Notes under the pieces: generated by a model
What the model saw: only the letters and a program-made list of their open reading frames with translations
Databases searched by the model: none
What the model was told of the DNA's origin: nothing
Made by a program: the position numbers and the translations under genes
In this document: positions 1 through 10,396 of the stretch, piece by piece
Position numbering within the stretch: the stretch's first letter is position 1
Layout of the letters: each line of letters begins with the position of its first letter
Origin: Vitrella brassicaformis CCMP3155
Lineage: Eukaryota > Protista > Chromerida
Direction: 5' to 3'
Assembly: GCA_001179505.1 (NCBI GenBank)
Contig: CDMY01000711.1
Coordinates: forward strand, 1-28,274
DNA length: 28,274 bases

Positions 1-47
1 AAACCCTAAACCCTAAACCCTAAACCCTAAACCCTAAACCCTAAACC
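1..47. repeat. Telomeric repeat array (CCCTAAA)n / (TTTAGGG)n, left chromosome end
   Basis: About 6.7 perfect copies of AAACCCT starting at base 1, C-rich strand on +, the orientation expected at a left chromosome end. Confidence 0.95.
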
Positions 48-49
48 TG

Positions 50-3000
50 TGTGACGACTGGATCATCGAAGCCGCAGCATCATCAGCACCGGACGACGCA
101 AGTGGCAGCAAGGGGAATAGTAGGATGCTGTTCGACCCCAGCAGAGCGGAATGGGGCTGGACCAAGGAGGGGGGGCAGTTCGGCACACACCTGGCCGACA
201 TGTCCGTCAGGTGCATCGATTGGGACACCAACAAGGCCACCCCCATGCCCGGCGCCCCCCAGACCGTCAGCACCTACGTCCGCGTCGAGTCGCCCATCAC
301 CATGCCCCGGCAAGACAGCCCCGACGTCTACTGGCGGCTGGGGGACTCCTGCGGCGGCTCCTTCGACCAGCTGAGTGAGGACGACTACGGCAGCCGGCCG
401 CCGAGCGGAACACGGAACTGGACTGAGTACCGCAGCTTCACGCAGGCCAAGTGGCACAGGTGTGAGCTGCCGGCCGGTGCTGTTGATGGGAACGAGCCGA
501 TGCCGCTGGAGCTGAATGGGCAGGACTGGGGGAAGGTGTGGCGGATTGACATGGCCTGGGGCGGCGTCGAAACGACATACCCACAGCAGGGAAGTGGAAA
601 TGGCACCAATCAGACGGCCAGTGGGGTGGAATACAACGTCTATGTGCCGCGTAAGGCCACACACACACACAGACACAACACACGCCAGAACAGGCCTGCT
701 GGCTCTTTCTTTCTGTGTGTGTGTGTCATGGTCATGCTGCAGCTGCGGGGACGCCAGCGCCGAACCAGACGCATGGTTGCGAGTTTGCGTGGTAAAGAGA
801 GCATGAGTATGGAACCGGCATCTCCTCTGATGGTTCATGCTCTCTTTACCCACAGGCCTTGCGACATCACCATCAAGGGCTACATGCTCCCTCTGGAAGG
901 AAGCATCGTCCTTGTCCCCGCCGCAGCCACCGCCCTCCCACCAGAGGACGCCCAGCCCCACCTACACTTCCTCTACAGCATCAATTCGACTGTCAACCAG
1001 ACGGCCAACATGACGACAGCCGATGGGCTTCAGGAGGTGGATCATGCCGAGATGGACGACGACAGCGATCGCCGCGCCTTGACGGTCACCCTGCCGCTGC
1101 AGCACCTGTCTGAGCGATCGTATGACGTGTGGCTGTGTGCCGACTACAAGGGATGCAAGCCTGCTGGCGGCCTTACCAATGGTGAGCACAGAGCTCTGAC
1201 AAGAAGTGGCCTATGTGACGTGCTTCACTTTATCTGTCCGCCTGTATGTCTGTGTGTGTGGTGCAGGCATCTGCGGTCACGTGAAGCCCGATTTCAGCCG
1301 CGACAAGGAGATCGCCGAGGTGGTGCCTCCCAGGTACTGGGGCAAGCTGCCGCCCCTCCACTTCTCCATCCCAGGCTCCTCATGCGACGCGCCCATCAAC
1401 CTCCGCGACATGCACGACCTCATCAGGCCCTCAACCGTCCTATGCTGCTTCACACAGCAAGGCACCTACAAGGTCGAGTTTGGGACCTTCATGCCCTGGC
1501 TGACGCCCCCCGCCGCCCCGCCTGTCGTCCCGCCACTGTCCTTCTCGTTTGGGGGGTTCTCCTACTCGACGGGCTATGGCGTGTTCTTCTCACGTCTGGG
1601 GCAGGAGTACTGGCAGGGCGCCCCCGGGGCGGCTCTAGAGGTGGACTGGTCGGCAGAGCTGACGCTGGAGGTGCCCTCCGCGGGCACGCCGCTTGACAGC
1701 GCCCTGACGGTGTGTGTGGAGGGACAGCGGTGCGAACTGCAGCTGCCTGGCTACCACTTAGGGCCGGAAGACACCGTCACCGTCGTGGCCGCTGATGCGT
1801 CGTGTGAGGATGGTGCTGGCGATGGGGAGAGCTGGACTAACAGGAGCCCGCCGGCCGTGATGGGTGTGTTTGATTTGGGGGTGGTGGGGGCGGATGGCGG
1901 CCTGCAGCTGCCCGAGGGGCAGTACCGTGTGTGCCACTTCTACAAGGAGGGCACAGAAGCGCCAAAAGGGAAACCTGCAGGCACCATCAAGATCGGTCGG
2001 CAAGCACAGATCTGCACGCACCCATTACAACACGCCGCACAATGGTCATTTTGCCATGTGTGTGTTGATTGACTCATCTCATTCAGTGACCAGCGATGAG
2101 TCCCCCGGTGTGTCGTGCGGCTGGGTGGTGCCGCAGCCGGGCTCCTATCCCGAGCGGCTGCGTTGGTCCGTCTCCGGCCGCCTCGACGGCACGACGTGTG
2201 AGGGCGGGAGCTACACCAGCAATACGACCGTCTTCCCGCAGGCCTGTTGCTTCCCAGCCGACACGCAGGTCACCATCAACGTCCTCGACGCCACCAACCA
2301 GACGGGCTGGCATGGCGGGGGCGTCACGCTGCTGCTGGACACGGACAACTACATCGTCGACGAGGGCAGCGTGCCGGGATGGGCCAACGAGGCGTCGTTC
2401 ACCGTCACCACACCAGCCAAGCCTTCTGCGGCGGGCGAGCCGCCGTCTGCCGCACCACCTGACGCCAAGAAGAAGAAAATGATGAGCACGGGCAGCAATG
2501 GGCGAAGAAAGAGAGGGCTGCAGTGGCTGGCCAGACCCATGGGTGGGTGAGAGATGGAAACGAGCCTCCACATCAGATCTGATGCATGGCACTCTCTCTA
2601 CATCTGTCTGTTGCCGTGTGGGTGTTTCCTCCCAGTTGAGGACCACTTTCTGACGGCGAGTGTGGGCGATTCATCCCCTTCGGAGCCCATTCCACTCCCC
2701 GCCAGCCCCGAGCAGGAGTTCAGCTGCCTCTTTGACGAGAACGGCCCGCTCCCCGACGGCTGCACCGTCCACCTGCCCACTGACGCCCCCGCCGGCACAC
2801 TGCGGCTGACCCGCCTCAATGACACATGCAGTGACGACACACCAGCACCAGCCAAGAGCATCGGCACGGCGTCTGGGGGCGGCTCCGTGGATGTCTCTGG
2901 GCTGGTGGATGGCGAGATGGGTGCGGGCATCTACCGCGTCTGTGTTGGGGAGGCCGACGTGGGCCGGCTGTTTGTGTGTTCGTCCGACTCGCTGCTGGAC

Positions 3001-3632
3001 AGCCGGTGCAACGATGAGTGCAACACCTGGCGGCTGTGGTTTGATCACGGCGACTGCTGCGCGTCGCCGCTGCGGATGGACGTGGACATGTCACAGTGCC
3101 AGTACTGCCAATGCAGAGACACACAAGGTCTGTGCCACCCCACCCCACACACACAGAGAGACAGAGACCAGATGGTGTCCTTTCTCTCTGTGTGTGTGGC
3201 AGGGTGTCACTTTGCGGTGACGGCTGAGATCATCGTGGCCGATGTCTACTGGGCTGACCTCTCGACCATGGCGCAGGAGGCCTTCGCAACACTCGGATGG
3301 GACAAAGACGGGTCAGCACCCATCCAAACACACACACAATGCCCCCACAGATGCACTCTCTCTCTGTCCATCCAACCATCAGGTGGGACGCCTTCTACCA
3401 CGGCCACAACGCCACTCTCTCATCATCCACCACCATCACCGCCCCCGTCTACCTCCAAGAGCGGAAGTTCGAGCGCCTCTCTCCCGCCCAGCAGGACGCC
3501 GTGAAAACACTGGGGTTCACTGAGGCATCCTTCGACGCCCACCTGCTGAGGGATTTCCCTTTGCCGAGGAACGCCCGGGGCACCAATGCGACATCTGCTG
3601 GGCATGAGTGGATGGGCTGCACGGCTGAATGA
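50..3632 (+). CDS. Large multi-exon Cys-containing extracellular-type protein, probably 5'-truncated; LNR/Notch-like Cys motif and two C-terminal W-x-x-L...LG(W/F)...(W/F)D repeats
   Basis: Frame-consistent splicing: exons about 50-650, 743-791, 856-1181, 1267-1995, 2087-2542, 2636-3127, 3203-3311, 3383-3632 (TGA), all GT-AG. Frame is open from the telomere junction; first ATG at 125, with no signal peptide behind it. CNDECNTWRLWFDHGDCC at 3007-3060. Confidence 0.8.
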
Positions 3633-4681
3633 GACAGGGAGGGAGGGAGGGAGGGAGACTGAGTGATTTTTCCAGTTCCGAGGGGGCGTTGGTTGGTGCT
3701 TCCCGCCCGCCCACCTTGGTTGGTTGGTTGTGTGTTGCTTGCTTTGCTGTTGGCGTGAGCCCGCGACTAGATGCTTTTATGGCCTTGCGCGTGGATGCGT
3801 GTGTGTGCGTGTGCTGTCTGTGTGTCCGTTTATCTACCCACACAGCTAGCTATGATCGAGCGCAGTGGTGGCCTGCCTGCATGGTGTGTGGTGTCATGTG
3901 CTGTGGGGTGGTGTGGTGATATGACGCTTTTCTTACTTTCATTCTTTAGCTGTCTGATGGCAAACTGGCTAACTGCTGTTTGCAGCACGTCCGTGTCTGG
4001 CCTTGCCTTGCCTTGCCTTGCCCTGCGTTGCCCGGTCTGTGGCATGTCGTTCGTTTCTTATAGAGGGAGCCTCATACTACTTACCTACACACAGATTGTG
4101 TACCATACACACACACACACACACACACACGCCGACTTTTTCCTGATTGACGAGCAGCTCATTTTGCGTGATTTTGTAAGGCCGGCGTGTGGTAATGTTT
4201 GCTCAAATACTGAAAATGCTACATTACCTGCCCTGCCTTGCCTGCCACTTGGCAGCGTCCAGGCTTCATGGTGCTACAGTGTTTTTTGAAGCCGCTTCTT
4301 TCCTCCTCTCTGTGTGCGCGTGTGCTTGGTAGGCAGCTGGGTACTTGCAGACTCTTGGCTTGTCTTGGCCTTGATTGCAATGTCGATGTGGCGGTGTGTC
4401 GCTGTAGGTGCGTGATGCTCTCTATCTGTGTGTGTGAGTGACCCTTTATCCCATGTGTGGCGTCTTTATCTGAAGATAAAGTCCCCTCATGTGGCCTTCC
4501 ACACACCAAACCCCGGCCTCCAGATCATCCATTCAATCCCTCTTCATCTCCACATTCCGATCGACCCAAGAAAAAGGCGATGAATCGGCAGATCTCTGAC
4601 AGTAGCGTTTAGGCGTAGCACCACCGTGACATCATCCCTGCTGTGGAGATCGGCATCTGTCACTCTACCATCCATCCATCC

Positions 4682-7600
4682 ATGTTGTTCGACGTGGAGC
4701 TGCCGGAGGAGCTGCAGTGCCTCCCCGAGGGCACGGAGCTGTCCCTGCCGCAGATCCAGGAGTTCCTCAGCCGCCTGCAGCACTACCTGGACACCTCCCG
4801 CACCACCATCGCCGCCACCACACAGCAGCACCAGACCGAGTTTGTCGCTGCGGCGGCACGCCTGATGGACCTGCAGCAGGAGATGGACAGCATCGGAGGC
4901 AAGCTCGATATGATTGAGCAGCTCCTGTCCGCTCCGGTGAGTGAGTGAGGTCAGCCACAAGACAGACAAGGCCATCCATCCACTCAAGACAGCACCACAC
5001 CACCCACCCACATCGTGCTGTGTGTGTGTTGGTAATATATATATTTCAGGACGGTCTAAAGGGCAAGATAAGTGAGCATGACCGTGCGTTAGAGGAGGCG
5101 CAGGCCAAGGCGCGGCACCTGGACGCCCTGCGTCGGCTGTTCGTGTCGCTGATGGGGCTGCACGGCCTCTTCCAGAAGTTCGACAGTGAGCTCAAGCAGG
5201 GGCAGTACGGCGAGACAGCCACTACGCTCAATGAGATGGTGTGGACGGATGGATGGATGGATGGCTGGATGGATGGATGGGTGGTGGGTGGTGCGATTAT
5301 CTGTGTGTATGTGATGTGTGCAGGTAGAGATGTTGAAGTCGGTGTCGGCGCGCAAGCCAGAGGACGAGCCGGAGCTGATCCTCAACCTCAAGGTAGCTCA
5401 GCTCCCCACACCACATCAGCTCACACGCCCCGTGCAGCGATTGTTTGAGTGTTGGTCCATCCATCCATCCATCTGATAGTTGGAGTACACGAACCGTCTG
5501 GCGCTGCTGCGGTGTCGGCTGGACGAGGTCTTCGCCAGGCTCGTCAAAGTGGAGCACCAACACATCACCGTCCAAACCGACGTGCCACGTGCGGAAAGCG
5601 ACGCAATACACAGGGATCAGTGGATGGATGGATGGCATTGGTGTGTCTGTCTGTCTGTGTCAGGTGTGTACGGGCAGACTCCCCTGGATGTGTCGACTGC
5701 GTGGGTCATCAAGGCACATGACTTCTGGGAGGTCTGCGAGGAGCTCAACCTACTGGTGGGGGCGGTGCACTGCGGTGCAGCCGTATGCATTGCCACACAC
5801 AGATACACATCGATGGCTGCAGCTATATGACTGCATCGCTCCATCAGAGTGGGAAGGTGGGCGAGTTGGCGACTCTGGTGGAGCGTCACGTGTTGAAGCC
5901 CCTGTTCAAGACGGTGCGGGACATCTTTCCCCTATCTATGGCCACACAGACACAGCCACCCCAGACGCCTGACGATGCAGACGAGGAATATCACTTCACC
6001 GCACACACAGCAGAGGTAGGTACGCCCACACATATGGACCACCTATCGACACACACATCCATCCCACGTCTGTGTGGTGTGGTGTTTGTTGTGTGTTGGC
6101 AGCACTGCCCCCCCGATGGTTGGTCTCCCCGGTTTGAGTGGCGCTGGTCCCTCATTACCGTCGACCGCAAAGCACCCTCCTCATCTTCAAAGGCCAAACC
6201 CAGCAGCAGCAGCAGCAGCAACAGCAACAGCAGCAAGGTGCCACAGCAACAGGTGGGTGACCAACAGGGTGACTGACGAGCCTAGCCTGTATCTGGTGTG
6301 GCTGTGGGGATGGATGTATTGTGTTTGCAGAACGGCTCGGATGGTGCCTCTGAGGTCACAGCAGTAGGTGAGAGGCACACTACACCTTCGTCTCTATCTA
6401 TCTCTGTGTTGCTTCCCTCCCTCCCTCCCTCCGTGTGTGCAGTGAGTGTGTGCAAAGGAGCGGCTGGTGCGTACGAGGCCATCCTCCCGCTGCTGCAGTC
6501 TCTCATGGACTTCATCGCGCAACACATATTCACCACACAGGTGCCGTGCCGTGGGCAGCAAGCACATCACATGAACGCCATTCGTCCATCCATCCATCCG
6601 TCCGTGTGTCTGTTGGCGTCATGTCAGGGCGCGTCCAAGTTCCAGCTGTTCGGCAAGCACGTGTGGCGGTCGCTGTGCCAGGTGGGGCACCTGGGGGCAC
6701 ATCCATTGTGGTGGTGGGTGGATGGATCGGCGGGTGTGGTGTGGTGGTGCAGCGTCTGTTGAAGGAGCTGCCGATGTGCAAGGAGGCCGTCCCGCTGCTG
6801 GAGGACTTCCAAGTCAAAATGACCATCTGCAGTAAGCTAGCTAATGAGAGAGACACACATGATCACACACACACACACACAGAGAGAGAGATGCTGCTGT
6901 TTGGTGTGTATGGTATGGCAGATTTGATCAGTCCGTCAGAGCGTCTGCTCGAGAGCCGGCTGCTAACCTTCCAGGACACCATGCATCAGCAGAGAAAGAT
7001 ACAGGTAGGTCCGGACAGCCCATTCATTCCTTACCACCGCTCCCTGATTGAATGCCGTCCATCTGTGACTTCTCTCTCTCGCTCAGATCCTGGAGGAGGC
7101 CCGTCGGTGGCTCCTCTCAGACGAGCTCAAAAAAGTCCACGTCTCAGACGCTACCGAAATCGGTGTGTCATCCATCCCATCACGTCACCTCACCCACCAC
7201 CCTCAGCCCGTCCCGTCTCCTTTTGTGTCTTTGACAGGTTCCCTGACCAACGTGGCGTTGCAGGCAGGAGCGGACCTGTCTGGCGGCAAGGGGCGCGGCA
7301 AGGGCAAAGGAGGCAAGGGTGCGAGGTCGCTGGTGACGGGCATCGGTGTGGGTGTGGAGGGCCGCAGGGCGCTGCTGGGGGCCGCACTCGACGAGAGCGA
7401 GGGGTTCCTCAGACTCGCGCCTTGCTGTGTAAGAGGGGCTGTGTGTGGGGGGNNNNNNNNNNNNNNNNNNNNNNNNNNNNNNNNNNNNNNNNNNNNNNNN
7501 NNNNNNNNNNNNNNNNNNNNNNNNNNNNNNNNNNNNNNNNNNNNNNNNNNNNNNNNNNNNNNNNNNNNNNNNNNNNNNNNNNNNNNNNNNNNNNNNNNNN

Positions 7601-10108
7601 NNNNNNNNNNNNNNNNNNNNNNNNNNNNNNNNNNNNNNNNNNNNNNNNNNNNNNNNNNNNNNNNNNNNNNNNNNNNNNNNNNNNNNNNNNNNNNNNNNNN
7701 NNNNNNNNNNNNNNNNNNNNNNNNNNNNNNNNNNNNNNNNNNNNNNNNNNNNGGGGGGATGGTGGGGATGTGTGTCTTGTCTTGTCTTGTGTGTTTAGGT
7801 GAGTGAGTCTGTGCACAAGCTGGTGGCCAAGCTGCACGAGCTGTTCCGGGAGGCCGTCAAGTGCAAAGAGGCCAACCAAACCAGGTAAGGTACATCACAC
7901 AACAGAAGGGAACGACGCAACGATCGTCAATGACCCCGTTTCTCTCTGGCTGTCTGTCTGACAACAGTGTGGCCACCGGGCTGCTGCTGCTGGCCAGGTG
8001 ACAAACAAGGGAGGGACATAGAGCCGGCCATCCCCGCCACGCAGCAACACCCCTCTCTCTCCTGTGTGCCTTCAGGCAGCTGGTAGTGCTGTTCCTGAGC
8101 GTCCGGCCGACTTACCACAAGGTCGGTCGAGTCCCCACACACAACGGACACACACCGATGGGTCGGATGGATGGAATGGATCGATGGATTCTTTCCTTCA
8201 GTCTCGTTTGCTGAGCGACGCGATGTTTTGCGGGTACTTCTACAGCGACTGCGGCTACCTCATCCACCACCTCATCACAATACCCTACACCTACTCGTCG
8301 GGGTACGGTACGGTAGTGCACACACACACACGCACCACCACCACCACGCGGCACTCGTGTCCGTGTCTGTCGGTCTTTGGGGCCCAGGCTGCCCTCGCCC
8401 TTCGATCGCGTCTTGTCGTACGTCGACCAGGCAAGAAGACACGGCGTGCACCTAGTCCCTCTTCCTGCTTATCTGTCTGTCTGTCTGTCCGGCAGTTGTT
8501 GGCCATTCGCAAAGTCCAGGAAGCCTACTTCATGGAAATGCTGGTCGGTCGGTCGGTCGGTCGGTCGGTCAGGCAGCCACACGCGCACGCCATCCACGCG
8601 AACAGCGCCAGAGTGTGTGTTTGTGTGTTTGTGCCATCGTTCAGAAGTCGCAGAAGCAGCGGCTGATGGACCTGCTGGCCGGCACAGAGGGACTCAGACA
8701 AGTAGCTCTAGACCGGTCAGTAGCCCCTGCCCCCCCTCCCCGCCCCCNNNNNNNNNNNNNNNNNNNNNNNNNNNNNNNNNNNNNNNNNNNNNNNNNNNNN
8801 NNNNNNNNNNNNNNNNNNNNNNNNNNNNNNNNNNNNNNNNNNNNNNNNNNNNNNNNNNNNNNNNNNNNNNNNNNNNNNNNNNNNNNNNNNNNNNNNNNNN
8901 NNNNNNNNNNNNNNNNNNNNNNNNNNNNNNNNNNNNNNNNNNNNNNNNNNNNNNNNNNNNNNNNNNNNNNNNNNNNNNNNNNNNNNNNNNNNNNNNNNNN
9001 NNNNNNNNNNNNNNNNNNNNNNNNNNNNNNNNNNNNNNNNNNNNNNNCCCCCCCCCCCCCACACACACACCAGGAAGGCGCCCATTCCCACGCGCCTCTC
9101 TCCCTCCCTCCCTGTTGCACGCAATGGAATGCAGCAACTACGCGCATGCTGAGACGGCGATAGGTCTGACGCTGCAGCACCTGAAGAGCGTGAGTGCGGG
9201 GTGGCTGGAGGTGCTGCCGCAGCAGACCTACCTGGAGGCGCTCGCCGTGCTCGTCGACCTCACCCTGCAAAACCTCCTGCACCAGGTAGACAGATCCACC
9301 CACACCGTGGTCACTCTCCCCGACTGTCTCTCTCTCTCTCTGTGTGTGTGTGTGTGGTCGTGTAGATCCTGACGTTGGGCAAGATCACCTCCCGCGACAG
9401 TGCGGCCCTGTCGCACCTGCTGACGACAATCCACTCGTCGCTCACCCCCATGCTCACCGCACACAGGGACATCCAGCGGCCCCCCGCCGTCCCGCCCCCA
9501 CCCGCCCTGCCATCATCCAGCAGCAGCAAGACGGAAACCACACCCAAGAAGAGCGGTGATGGTACAGCAGCAGCAGCAGCGGCTGCTGCTGCCTCTGCTG
9601 GCGGTACTGCCGGTGCAGGTGGGGCTGCTGTGATGCCAAGCGATGCCATGGTGACTGAGATGGGGTATGGGGTGCTCGACAGTCTGTGGAGATGTGTGCG
9701 TGTGTGCGTGTGTGTGTGTGTGTGTATGTGTGTGGCACTCACTGCCTGTGCGTGTGCAGGCGCCTAGTTTGGAAGCGTACATCTTGCACTGGCGGCGGTT
9801 CGGGCTGGTCAGGCAACTCATCGAAGCAGGTCACACGCACGAGACACACACAACACAACGCAACGCCAGAAGCTGGCCACGTGCTGTCCTTTGCGTGTGA
9901 TTTTTTTGCAGATTTCTCTCAGTTTCTTGAGCGCAAGGAGGCCCTCAGGCGACACTTCACCAAACAAGAGGTCAGGGAGCGGGGTGCGCTGTGAGTGTGT
10001 ATATTTGTGTGTGTGGTGTGTGTGTGTGTGCAGCTGTACAGTTTCCTGACGTTGGCGGTGTACCTCAACAAGCCCGTCGAGGAGGCATACAATCGACTCA
10101 TGGACTGA
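4682..10108 (+). CDS. ZW10: ZW10/Dsl1-family kinetochore (RZZ) and ER-tethering (NRZ) subunit
   Basis: ATG 4682; first exons 4682-4936, 5050-5238, 5324-5392, 5480-5588, 5664-5755, 5848-6015 splice in frame. N-terminal coiled coil, then segments resembling ZW10 from memory: PCC|VSESVHKLVAKLHELFREA, FYSDCGYLIHHLITI, QKSQKQRLMDLL, AIGLTLQHLKSVSAGWLEVLPQQTYLEALAVLVD, HWRRFGLVRQLIEA. TGA at 10106-10108. Confidence 0.85.
7453..7752. other. Assembly gap (300 N) inside a ZW10 intron
   Basis: Run of exactly 300 N flanked by G runs. Confidence 0.99.
8748..9047. other. Assembly gap (300 N) inside a ZW10 intron
   Basis: Run of exactly 300 N flanked by C runs. Confidence 0.99.
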
Positions 10109-10396
10109 TAGAGAGCGACGGACACAGAGAGTCAGACCCTGCGGGCCATTGAAGATAGATAGAGGAGAGATATACATAACTAACATGACATTGTAGATCT
10201 GAGATCTGGCTGGCATGGCCGTAGATCTGAGTGCTAGATGCATGCTTAAATATGATGGGCATGCACTGGGGGTCTGAAATGTGGCTGTCGGGGCGAAGAG
10301 AGAGTGCTGTGCGCTCCCCCTGCAAGTGGGGGCGGGAGACGATTTCATCATGATGGGGGCGTCTTTTTGTCACAAAGTACGACAGCACGCTTTCGA

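Noticed and set aside
3633-4681. Cys-rich ORFs 3771-4289 and 4238-4441 and a possible minus-strand transcript
   Set aside because: Peptides are translations of TG/CCTTG microsatellites; isolated splice-like signals could not be assembled into a gene.
125-4693. Both the first gene (ATG 125) and ZW10 begin with MLFD
   Set aside because: Similarity stops after four codons; treated as coincidence.
6435-9372. Long ORFs in the track spanning poly-X
   Set aside because: Artifacts of translating through 300-N gaps and introns.
10195-10240. Clustered AGATCT hexamers between ZW10 and the next gene
   Set aside because: Short and few; cannot be distinguished from local slippage without genome-wide data.
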